31,710 bases of DNA from a virus (taxonomy: Duplodnaviria > Caudoviricetes): IMG/VR virus record IMGVR_UViG_3300037506_000254, positions 1-31,710 of that record. One strand, written 5' to 3'. The position numbers were made by a program, and so were the translations under genes. Of the stretch, positions 8,341-15,877 are shown one piece after another (position 1 is the stretch's first letter; each line of letters begins with the position of its first letter). The notes under the pieces are model-generated. The model was not told the origin of the DNA. It did no database searches and saw nothing but the letters and a program-made list of their open reading frames with translations.

Positions 8341-8569
8341 TCACCAAATGTTTCAGCCATTTGCGCGACGATGCCGCGCTTGGCGCGAAAGATGGGGCAA
8401 GCCGTTTTCCTGCTATCGCTTCGCACCATCCGCGAAAAAGTGCCCGGTGAATGCTCGTCCGTTTATCGCCGAAATTGGCTCTCGATACTCGAAGCCATAA
8501 TGGAGTCAGCAGCCGCGAGTGGTATTGATATGGCGAAAAGGCCGGACATTTCTGTCCGGCCTTTCGTCA
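8341..8569 (-). repeat. Early intergenic cassette, copy A
   Basis: Collinear similarity to 10181-10403: CGCTTGGCGCGAAAG (8377), CCTGCTA, CGCACCAT, CGTTTATC..CGAAATTGGC (8460), GAGTC.GCAGCCGCG.GTGGTAT, TGATATGGC, then hairpin. Confidence 0.85.
8531..8569. terminator. Long hairpin after the ligase gene (putative terminator)
   Basis: TGGCGAAAAGGCCGGACA-TTTC-TGTCCGGCCTTTCGTCA. Confidence 0.6.
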
Positions 8570-8581
8570 CCGCGCTCGCGT

Positions 8582-9376
8582 CTAGTTCACAGATCCCACG
8601 CTTCCCGGAATCCAACGAACTTGGGGAATCGCGGCGCTTCCTTCGCCCCGCTCGGCTGGTGCTTGAACTTGATTAGAATCCACCGCGCTCACGACAAAGC
8701 CGCCGAGTTCGCCCCGGCCCACTTTCCCCGCCTGCGCCGAGCTGCGCTTGGTGCGACCGAAGGCGTCACGCTGCGCCTCGTTGTGGTTGCTCATGCCCTT
8801 GTAGGTGTCGAGCACGACGGCCTCCGCGTCCTCGAACCGCTTGATCTTCAAGAGCCAGCCCTCGCGTTCTGTCGAGCGCCCGCACTTGTATGGCGAGTCC
8901 GGCGTGCGGATCATCACGCCCTCGTAGCCCTCGGTCAGACAGTCTTCCTCGTAGGTCGCAAGCTGCGCGGCATCGCGGATCTCCACGGGCAGGATTTTCT
9001 CGACGTGCTCGAACTCGGGCAGGCGCTTGAGTTCCTGCATCCGGCAGGCATACGGCACGTCCACGCCGTCGCTCACGTAGTCGAACACGGCGAACGTGAA
9101 GTCCGGCTCCCCGGTTTCGCGCCCGATGTGTCCGGCGGTTTCGCTGAACGTAGTGCCACGCACGATCAGCTCGCCGTCGAGGCCGTCGGGCAGATGGCTC
9201 TTAATCCAGTCGCGCGTGAAGCGGTTGGACACGGGCTTGAACGAGCGCGTCAGGGCGCGCCCGTTGATCTTCAAACAACGGATGCCGTCGAGCTTCGGCG
9301 TGGCGAGCACGGGGAAACTCAGGGCATCCGGGCGCTCGCACTTGCCGGCGAGCATTGGCTTGGTGATGTGGTTCAT
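8582..9376 (-). pseudogene. ATP-dependent DNA ligase, apparently broken in the OB domain by deletion/frameshift
   Basis: KPMLA, PKLDGIRC, LDGEL, AVFDY, YEGVMIR, WLLKIKRFEDAEA intact; terminal motif KFKHQ...APRFPKFVGFR lies in a different frame (about 8676-8587) directly after GGFVVSAVDS. Confidence 0.7.
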
Positions 9377-9483
9377 CGTTTTTGTTTTGGTTTTGGTTTC
9401 TGGTCTAGGCTGCGGAGCAGCGCGCCGAGGTCGGCGAGCCACTCCGCGAAAACTGCGCGCATCAACCGGCGGAGCGCCTTCAT
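9373..9483 (-). CDS. 36-aa amphipathic peptide
   Basis: MKALRRLMRAVFAEWLADLGALLRSLDQKPKPKQKR*, ATGA overlaps with both neighbours. Confidence 0.5.
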   Translation of the reverse strand: MKALRRLMRAVFAEWLADLGALLRSLDQKPKPKQKR

Positions 9484-9896
9484 CGCCCGCCTCCCTCGAT
9501 GGTCTTGATGCACTCGGGGCCGAAGCCCGACTCCACGGACTCGAGCACGGTCAGCGTTCTTCCGCAGCGGCCACACTTCCCGCAGTGGCACAGCCGCACT
9601 TGCGGCGGCAGCGGATCGCCAGCGCTCAACTGCCGGAACAGCCACTCGAACGCCCGCGCGCTCGGCGCATCCTGGGCAATGCGGGAACGCCGCCCGTGGT
9701 GGTAGGAGCGCGGGTCGAACACCGTGCCCAGAAAGGCGTAGTCGTGCTCGTTGTCCGGGCCGGTGAGCACGCTGACGAAGTGAGGCTTGTCGTCATCGGG
9801 CTTCCTCACCTTGAAAGTGAAGCGGTTGCCCGTGACCGTGTTCTCGACCGTGAACAGCGCGTTCCCGGCGAGGATGAATTGGAGTGGAGCGTTAAT
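9480..9896 (-). CDS. DUF6011-like Zn-finger protein
   Basis: C-terminal CGRCGRTLT..ESVESGFGPEC; coding-like frame (QFILAGNALFTVEN..TGNRFTFKVRK) extends 5' of the track's GTG to an ATT at 9896. Confidence 0.7.
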   Translation of the reverse strand: MNAPLQFILAGNALFTVENTVTGNRFTFKVRKPDDDKPHFVSVLTGPDNEHDYAFLGTVFDPRSYHHGRRSRIAQDAPSARAFEWLFRQLSAGDPLPPQVRLCHCGKCGRCGRTLTVLESVESGFGPECIKTIEGGGR

Positions 9897-9914
9897 AAGC
9901 GGAGTGCGTAGGCT

Positions 9915-10133
9915 TTAGGCGCAGAAGGACGGCTGCGCGCCCGGTGCGAACGCGGTCAGCCGCCCAACGAGCGTGGCGAGGTTGAACTTGCGCAGGCTGC
10001 GCTTCTCCACGTCGAAGACGGTGATAAGACCGCCGCTGCGCAGCTTGTCCGGCGAAGTGACGAAGCGCATCGTGCGCGCCGCGCCCGAGGCTTTGATGAA
10101 GGTTCCGACGTATTCGAGTTTTGGCTGTTTCAT
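9915..10133 (-). CDS. Small SH3/WYL-like beta-barrel protein
   Basis: F.K..G..RTM...LITVFDVEKRSLRKFNL pattern typical of phage SH3-barrel proteins; ATG 10133 directly after promoter-like element. Confidence 0.6.
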   Translation of the reverse strand: MKQPKLEYVGTFIKASGAARTMRFVTSPDKLRSGGLITVFDVEKRSLRKFNLATLVGRLTAFAPGAQPSFCA

Positions 10134-10403
10134 GCCCTTGCCTCGTCCGGGCAGCCGCGTGGAATCCATCCGTTTGCATCGCCATATTTTTCACCATTGA
10201 ACGGAGCAGCCATCGCTTGGCGCGAAAGGTGATGGCGAGGGTTTGCCTGCTAACGGGCCGCACCATTTCCAAAAATGTGCGCGCCACTCGCCCGCTCGTT
10301 TATCACACGAAATTGGCCTTCAATTTCCGCAGCCGCATAAGAGTCGGCAGCCGCGGGTGGTATGGTGATATGGCAGGAAGGCCGAACTGCCTTCCTATAT
10401 GGC
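10134..10403 (-). repeat. Early intergenic cassette, copy B (most complete)
   Basis: Hairpin AGGAAGGC-CGAACT-GCCTTCCT (10375-10396), palindrome GAAATTG-N5-CAATTTC (10309-10327), CGCTTGGCGCGAAAG (10214-10228), TGGATT-N17-CGAGGC before ATG. Confidence 0.85.
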
Positions 10404-10411
10404 GCGGACTT

Positions 10412-11056
10412 TCAGTCGTCGATCAGGTCGTCGAACAACCCCGGCTGAAACGGCTTCAATGCCGCCTGTTCGTCGCGGAAAAACTCGGCCTTGGTCTTGC
10501 CCATCTTGCGGCCCTTCTGCGTGTGACAATCGAAGGCGTAGTTGGGGATTCGTTCACGGCCCGCTTTCTCCAATTCGGCGGCAAGCTTGTCGGCATCGAG
10601 GCCGGCACACTGGTCATAGACGAAGTTCTGCAAATGGTCGGCGTCACGATTCTTCTTTGCCGCGCACAGGAGGATCACGGCTTTGCTGATGAAGATGCGT
10701 CCCTTGGGCTGCTTCGCGGGCACGTTCGCGTTCACGAGCGCATAGCTGTCATGCAGGGCCTTCACTTCCTGCGTGAGAATCCCCCAGCAGTCTTCCGCGC
10801 TGACGGTGAGCAGCCGCTTCCAGACGTAGTTGCCGTAGCCGCTGGCCCAAAGCTCCAAGGCCCAATAGCCCGCGAGCCGGGTGTCTGCCCGGCGGATGGC
10901 CTTCTGCATCGCCGAGGACACTTCCCCAAACTCGTAACCTCGTTTTGTGGTAAATCGCATGGATGAATCCTGATACGTGGACAGCGTATGGTCTAAAGAA
11001 ATGGAGGGTGTTGAAGGGCGCAGCGGTTCAGCGGACAAAGTAGATGGAGTAGGCAT
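10412..11056 (-). CDS. Stand-alone RarA/MgsA C-terminal-like helical domain protein
   Basis: SAMQKAIRRAD..LAGYWA.EL...G....VWKRLLTVSAED resembles RarA SA..KS.RGSD..AA.Y.......G....IARRL...ASED; IPNYAFDCHT..G. Confidence 0.7.
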   Translation of the reverse strand: MPTPSTLSAEPLRPSTPSISLDHTLSTYQDSSMRFTTKRGYEFGEVSSAMQKAIRRADTRLAGYWALELWASGYGNYVWKRLLTVSAEDCWGILTQEVKALHDSYALVNANVPAKQPKGRIFISKAVILLCAAKKNRDADHLQNFVYDQCAGLDADKLAAELEKAGRERIPNYAFDCHTQKGRKMGKTKAEFFRDEQAALKPFQPGLFDDLIDD

Positions 11057-11112
11057 GGCTTCCTCCTCATCGTCCGGGCCGCGTGTTGTCCATCGCAGAG
11101 CCGCGCCATTTG
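11057..11112 (-). promoter_or_regulatory. Early-type promoter-like motif
   Basis: Minus strand AAATGG...GA-TGGACA-N17-TGAGGA-N7-ATG, same layout as at 4419 and 10168. Confidence 0.55.
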
Positions 11113-11128
11113 CATCATTGATGCCTTC

Positions 11129-11959
11129 CTATGCATCGAGGCTGAAGGATTGGCGTCGTGGGGCATCAATCGCGGTCTTGTCCTGGCTCTTGTAGTCTCC
11201 AAACCGGATGTGCGCTTTCCACTTCCGCTTGAGGTAACGCTTCTCGGCGGCGATGCGCTCGGCGGAACGGAACAGCGAGTTGCCGCCGAGGTTTTTGTCG
11301 CGCTCCTGCACGAAACAGAACCGGGCCTCATTCCAGACGAGGCGATTCACCATCAATTCCTCGAGCGTGGCGTCGATGTCGCACTTGCACTTGAGCAGCT
11401 CATCCCACTTCGGCACGCCGCCGTTCACATCGCGCACGACGCCCACGGCTCCACCGACCCAATGGTGAACGCCGAACGGATCGTTGCGCTGAAGCAGGCG
11501 CGGATCGCTGCGCTGGTGCCAGCCGAACAATCGAGCCCCGGCGCCGCGCGCGCAGTAGGCGGAGTTTTCGAGCATCGCGAGGGTTTCGTCGGTCGAGAGC
11601 TTGCGGCAGCGCAACGACACCATGCAGACGCAGGCGGTGATGTCGTCGTCGAGCATCACGAGCGCGTCGTCGGTGAAATGCGTTACGATCCAGTTCCGCA
11701 CGGCGCTTACGCCCGTGACTTCATCGGGGATCGTCACCTTCTCCAACGGGACGTGCATGTAATCAGCCAGCTCGCTTTCGGGAACCACGAGTGTCGCGCT
11801 CGGGAACAGGCGGTGGCTGTTGATCGACCGCGGGCGGCTGCGCGACATAATCACCAGGCGCAGGCTCAGCGGGGCCAGTTCCGGCCAGTCCGTCGGGGAG
11901 AGGCGATTGAATTCCACCGGCGGCAGCGCGGCGAGCGAGGTCGAGGATACGTTTTCCAT
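11129..11959 (-). CDS. GT-A fold glycosyltransferase of TET-associated/GREB1-like type
   Basis: VIMSRSR, LVVPESE..DY, GVSAVRNWI, VMLDDDI (DxD), KCDIDATL, GGNS. Confidence 0.7.
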   Translation of the reverse strand: MENVSSTSLAALPPVEFNRLSPTDWPELAPLSLRLVIMSRSRPRSINSHRLFPSATLVVPESELADYMHVPLEKVTIPDEVTGVSAVRNWIVTHFTDDALVMLDDDITACVCMVSLRCRKLSTDETLAMLENSAYCARGAGARLFGWHQRSDPRLLQRNDPFGVHHWVGGAVGVVRDVNGGVPKWDELLKCKCDIDATLEELMVNRLVWNEARFCFVQERDKNLGGNSLFRSAERIAAEKRYLKRKWKAHIRFGDYKSQDKTAIDAPRRQSFSLDA

Positions 11960-12566
11960 GGAGCACACGGCCGAGGCCGATCTTTTTGGTTTTGCGGGTA
12001 ATTGAAAAATCCACTTCGCGGACGCCGAGGAGCTGGAGCGCGAGCATCCAGTCCCTCAAATCGTGAAACATGAAGACAAGGTAGTCGTGGTGCTCGAACG
12101 CCTGAATCTCCATGCGCGGCACCGTCTCCACGTCGTCCTCCGGCTTCTCATCGTAGAGCTTGGCGATCTCGTCTTCCATGAAGCCGGTCAGCTCCACGTC
12201 GAACGACGGGTCGCTTTCGCGGATGGATTCGATGACGCGCTTGAGGTCGTCTTCATCCAGCTCCGCGAGTTCTGAGAGGCGGTTGTCGGCGAGCAGGTCC
12301 GCTAGTTCCTCCGCTTCGCTCGCATAGTCCTGATAGTCCACGGGCACCTTCTCCGCACCCATGAGCAATGCGGCTTCGAGGCGACCGTGGCCGCGCACGA
12401 TGAGGCCGCTGCGTTTGCTCACAGTGATCGGCCCGCGCCAGCCCTGCTCCTGAATGATGGACGCGAGAAGCTGAATTTGATGCGCGCTGTGCCGGTTCGG
12501 ATTGACCGGGTTCGGCTTGAGCTGGGCCGGATCGACGAGGGCGTTATGCGCGCAGTGGACTTTCAC
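11763..12566 (-). CDS. ParB/sulfiredoxin N-terminal domain protein
   Basis: LKPNPVNPNRH...QI..LASII...GW..PI.V......IVRGHGRLEAA...G...VPV...ADNRLSELA. Confidence 0.85.
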   Translation of the reverse strand: MKVHCAHNALVDPAQLKPNPVNPNRHSAHQIQLLASIIQEQGWRGPITVSKRSGLIVRGHGRLEAALLMGAEKVPVDYQDYASEAEELADLLADNRLSELAELDEDDLKRVIESIRESDPSFDVELTGFMEDEIAKLYDEKPEDDVETVPRMEIQAFEHHDYLVFMFHDLRDWMLALQLLGVREVDFSITRKTKKIGLGRVLHGKRILDLARRAAAGGIQSPLPDGLAGTGPAEPAPGDYVAQPPAVDQQPPPVPERDTRGSRKRAG

Positions 12567-12585
12567 GATGCCCGCCGGCTGTCAA
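12564..12585 (-). promoter_or_regulatory. TTGAC-N14-start motif, copy 2 (minus strand)
   Basis: Minus strand TTGACAGCCGGCGGGCATC-GTG. Confidence 0.6.
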
Positions 12586-12596
12586 AGCGCGCGGCC

Positions 12597-12625
12597 TTGA
12601 CGGCACTCCGCACCCTGCGGACACT
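12597..12625 (+). promoter_or_regulatory. Sigma70-like promoter for probably leaderless HTH gene
   Basis: TTGACG-17 nt-GACACT, ATG 8 nt later, no SD. Confidence 0.5.
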
Positions 12626-12633
12626 CGCGGCGC

Positions 12634-12873
12634 ATGACCCACCGCGATTTCGCCAAAACGCTCGTCGCCTGGCGCGAAATGAACAACTACACCCAGCGCA
12701 CCGCCGCCGACATGCTCGGTGTCTCCAAACGCTCGCTCGAAAACTGGGAGCAGGAGCGCGCGATGCCGCAGGGATTCGGGCTGAAGTCCATGCTCAAACT
12801 CATCCAGGGCAAGAAGGCGAACCCCGACGTGAAGCCGCAGCGCACGCGCACGACGCGGCGGAAGAAACGCTAA
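12634..12873 (+). CDS. XRE/Cro-family HTH regulator
   Basis: L..WRE..NYTQRTAADMLGVSKRSLENWEQER.MP. Confidence 0.85.
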   Translation: MTHRDFAKTLVAWREMNNYTQRTAADMLGVSKRSLENWEQERAMPQGFGLKSMLKLIQGKKANPDVKPQRTRTTRRKKR

Positions 12874-12885
12874 CTCTCACGACCT

Positions 12886-13221
12886 ATGTGGCTCTGCACC
12901 AAACACGGCTTTTTCAGCATCGTCGAAAAGCTGCCCGGCGAATTTCACATTCGCGCGCGGGTGAAGCGGGACATCGAAAACCTCAAGGCGTTGGCGGAGA
13001 TCAAACGCGCGGTGATTTCGACTCCTGATGCCGATTACCGCTACCGGCTCGTGGTGAACAAGGTCGAGGTGCTCGCGGCGCTGACCTGCCTGGGCAACGA
13101 GATCGACTACTCGAACTTCAAGTCGAAGATCGGGAAGACCGAAGACCAGAAGGACAAGCTCGACGCCTACCACGAAATCTGGAGCGTGATGGCGAAAGTG
13201 CAGCGCAGCCAGCGGGACTGA
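12886..13221 (+). CDS. Conserved hypothetical protein
   Basis: MWLCTKHGFFSIV...IRARVKRDIENL...DADYRYR...IDYSNFK...AYHEIW; function unknown. Confidence 0.75.
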   Translation: MWLCTKHGFFSIVEKLPGEFHIRARVKRDIENLKALAEIKRAVISTPDADYRYRLVVNKVEVLAALTCLGNEIDYSNFKSKIGKTEDQKDKLDAYHEIWSVMAKVQRSQRD

Positions 13222-13230
13222 ATGAGGCTG

Positions 13231-13281
13231 CCGTTCGTGTCGGCACGAACTGGCGACCGTTGACGCCCGCGAGGGCGCATG
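13231..13281 (+). promoter_or_regulatory. Palindrome plus TTGAC-N14-ATG upstream of terS
   Basis: CCGTTCGTGTCGGCACGAA (13231-13249), TTGACGCCCGCGAGGGCGC-ATG (13260-13281). Confidence 0.65.
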
Positions 13282-13872
13282 GACTCCATTCCACCGGACG
13301 TTGCCAAGAAGCTGCTCAACCGTGATTTCGCCAATCTCGTCAAACGAGTGCAGTCGGGCGGCAAGATCAGCCGCACGGAGCGCGCGATGTTGCAGTCGAT
13401 GGCCGCCGGCGCGGGCGGTGACGGCCCGGCGTTTGTGCGAAACTTCGTCGAGCTGGCGACGGCGCTGAAGGTCACACGCCAGACGATCAACGGCTGGAAG
13501 AAATTCGAGGACGCGCCCAAGCCGGCATCGAACGGGTTTCACGACGTGGCGCAGTGGCGGGAGTTCATGCGTCAGCGCGGGCTCAAGGGCGGCGAGGAAA
13601 CGCCGGACATCCAGCAGGCGCTCAAGGCGCGCAAACTTCTGGCTGAGGTTGAGGAGCGTGAGCTGCGGCTGGCGGTGAAGCGCGGCGAGTTCATCCCGGT
13701 AGAGCAGGTGCGTGCGGACTGGACGAATCTCGTCGGCCAGGCGACCGCGCTGCTTCGGCGCAAATTTGAAAACGAGCTGCCGCCGATCCTCTCCGGCCTC
13801 GACGCGACCGGCATCCAGGAGGAGTGCCGCAAAGCCATCGACGAAGTGCTGTTGGTGCTGCACGCCGGATGA
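13279..13872 (+). CDS. Terminase small subunit (gpNu1-like)
   Basis: HTH ELATALKVTRQTINGWKK, then LKARKL.AEVEERELRLAVKRGEFIP; ATGA overlap with terL. Confidence 0.75.
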   Translation: MDSIPPDVAKKLLNRDFANLVKRVQSGGKISRTERAMLQSMAAGAGGDGPAFVRNFVELATALKVTRQTINGWKKFEDAPKPASNGFHDVAQWREFMRQRGLKGGEETPDIQQALKARKLLAEVEERELRLAVKRGEFIPVEQVRADWTNLVGQATALLRRKFENELPPILSGLDATGIQEECRKAIDEVLLVLHAG

Positions 13873-15701
13873 ACGCGAATCTCCTCAGCATTTGGCGCGA
13901 GGCGTGGCGTCCGCCGGATCGACGCCCGCCGTGGGCCTGGGCCGAACAGCACATCTGCTCGATCCCGTATTCGCCAATTCCCGGCCGCTTTCGTTCGGAC
14001 AACTCGCCGCAGACCCGCGAGCCGCTCAAAGCCCTGATCGACCCGCGCGTCCGCCTGGTGTTCATCATCGCGGCGATTCAATCGGGCAAGACGAGCGTGG
14101 GTGAACTCGGCCTCTGCCACATCATCGCCAACCTCCCCGGCCCGACGCTCTGGCTCGACCAAACAGACGACGACGCGAAAGACCAGGCTGAATCGCGGCT
14201 GCACAAGCTCTTCGAGGACTGCGCGCCGGTGAAGGCGCTCTTTCCCACCGACCGGCACAAAAAGCGGAATACCACGATCCATTTCCGCAACGGCATGACG
14301 CTGTGGGTGCTCGGCGCGCACAACAAGACGAACCTCCAGCGCCGCTCGATCCGCTGGCTCATCGGCGATGAGACGTGGCGCTGGCCGGTCGGCCACATGG
14401 CCGAGGCAGAGGCACGTGTGACCGCGTTTGGCTGGTTGGGCAAATGCCTGTTCATGTCTCAGGGCGGCGAGGAGAACGACGACACGCACCGGAAATTCGA
14501 GACGACCGACATGCGTGAGTGGACGTTTCAGTGTCCGCATTGCGGCATCCGGCAGCCGTGGTCTTGGGATCAGATCGAATGGTCGAAGTCGGCCCGGGAC
14601 GAAGACGGCGAGTGGGACTATGCCGAGGTGCGGCGCACGGCGGCGATGCGCTGTGCGTCGTGCAATCACTACTTCGACGACAGCGACCGCACGCGGCGCG
14701 AGTTGAACGCAACCGGGCGTTTCGTCGTGCAAAACCCGCGCGCGGCGAAGGAGAACGTCGGATTCCACTGGAACGCGCTCTGCACGATGAGCTGGGGCGC
14801 GCTCGCGGAACTGTATCTGCGCGCGAAGGCCATCGCCCGGCGCGGCGACATCAGCGCGCTCAAGCAGTTTTACCAAAAACGTCTCGCGCTGCCCTGGCGC
14901 GAGTATGCTGAGGACTACAAACTCGAGATCACCCGCAGCGGCTACCACAAAGGCGAACTCTGGGAGGACGAGGCCGGTGTGAACTCGCGCGGCCAGCTCG
15001 TCGCCGCGCCATTTGAGCCGGGCGACATCGCCGCGCCACTTCGCGTGCTCACCGTGGACTGCCAGATGGATCACCTGTTCGCCATCGTGCGCTCGTGGAG
15101 CGCGACCGGCTCCTCGCGTCTCGTTTGGAACGAACGGCTGCTCACCTTCGAGGACGTGGAGGCGTTGCAGGCGCGCTTCGGCATCCACCCGAGCCTGGTC
15201 TTTCTCGATGCCGGCCACGCGACCTATGACGTCTATCGCGAGTGCGCCGACCGCGGCTGGGTCGCGCTGATGGGCGACCGGCGCGCGACCTTCGTTCACC
15301 GCACCAAGAGCGGGAAGAGCGTGCAACGCTTCTACTCGCCGCGCCGCAAAGTCGTGCTGGGTCACACGCGGCATTGCTTCGTCCACTATTGGAGCAACCT
15401 GAACATCAAGGACACGCTCGCCCGGCTGCGGCGTAACCAAGACCCGGAGCGCGGCGCGACGTGGGAAGTGCCGGACGACATCGACGATGATTACCTCGCG
15501 CAGTTGGAAAGCGAGCAGCGCGTGAAGGACGGTGGCAAGTGGCTGTGGAAACAGGTCGGGAAACGCCCCAACCACTACCTCGACTGCGAGGCCATGCAGG
15601 CCGCGGCGGCGACGATGCTCAAGCTCATCGGGCGCGAGGCCGTGGTGCCCGCGGAACCGGCGGGCGATGAGCCTGCGGTTGACGCGGCGGAGCCGACATG
15701 A
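13869..15701 (+). CDS. Terminase large subunit, lambda GpA family
   Basis: WAE start motif, Walker A QSGKT, Walker B WLIGDE, CPHC/CASC Zn ribbon, nuclease motifs LTVDCQ, FLDAG, NHYLDCE. Confidence 0.92.
   Translation: MNANLLSIWREAWRPPDRRPPWAWAEQHICSIPYSPIPGRFRSDNSPQTREPLKALIDPRVRLVFIIAAIQSGKTSVGELGLCHIIANLPGPTLWLDQTDDDAKDQAESRLHKLFEDCAPVKALFPTDRHKKRNTTIHFRNGMTLWVLGAHNKTNLQRRSIRWLIGDETWRWPVGHMAEAEARVTAFGWLGKCLFMSQGGEENDDTHRKFETTDMREWTFQCPHCGIRQPWSWDQIEWSKSARDEDGEWDYAEVRRTAAMRCASCNHYFDDSDRTRRELNATGRFVVQNPRAAKENVGFHWNALCTMSWGALAELYLRAKAIARRGDISALKQFYQKRLALPWREYAEDYKLEITRSGYHKGELWEDEAGVNSRGQLVAAPFEPGDIAAPLRVLTVDCQMDHLFAIVRSWSATGSSRLVWNERLLTFEDVEALQARFGIHPSLVFLDAGHATYDVYRECADRGWVALMGDRRATFVHRTKSGKSVQRFYSPRRKVVLGHTRHCFVHYWSNLNIKDTLARLRRNQDPERGATWEVPDDIDDDYLAQLESEQRVKDGGKWLWKQVGKRPNHYLDCEAMQAAAATMLKLIGREAVVPAEPAGDEPAVDAAEPT
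15679..15700 (+). promoter_or_regulatory. TTGAC-N14-ATG inside the 3' end of terL
   Basis: TTGACGCGGCGGAGCCGAC-ATG. Confidence 0.6.
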
Positions 15702-15877
15702 CGCAGGACTCCTTCTTTCATCCTCTCAAACTCATCCTCTGTTTTCTCGCCGTCGTCTTGCTGGCGTGGCTGCTCAGCGGCTGCGGCTCGCTCGTGCGCG
15801 TCGAGTATCAGAATCCGAAATACGGCGGCGGTGCGGTCGAGTTCGCGCTGCCGAAAAAGGAGGGCTACGCGAAATGA
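15698..15877 (+). CDS. 59-aa lipoprotein (not in ORF track)
   Basis: MTQDSFFHPLKLILCFLAVVLLAWLLSG-CGSLVRVEYQNPKYGGGAVEFALPKKEGYAK*; lipobox LSGC; ATGA overlaps on both sides. Confidence 0.75.
   Translation: MTQDSFFHPLKLILCFLAVVLLAWLLSGCGSLVRVEYQNPKYGGGAVEFALPKKEGYAK

Noticed and set aside
4466-10232. Repeated CGCTTGGCGCGAAAG considered as CRISPR repeats or att sites
   Set aside because: Copies are kb apart, separated by genes and embedded in longer diverged cassettes; no cas or integrase gene in the window
10245-10400. Possible small ORF in cassette B (…AAEIEGQFRVINERASGAHIFGNGAAR*)
   Set aside because: No start codon found upstream of the matching stretch in this frame, and similarity to gene 1635-2063 is confined to the 34-bp motif
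15532-15873. N-terminal extension of the M15 ORF in the track (and similar extensions of terL, portal, GATase and AAA ORFs)
   Set aside because: Overlap better-supported genes; internal ATGs give coupled starts and correct domain boundaries
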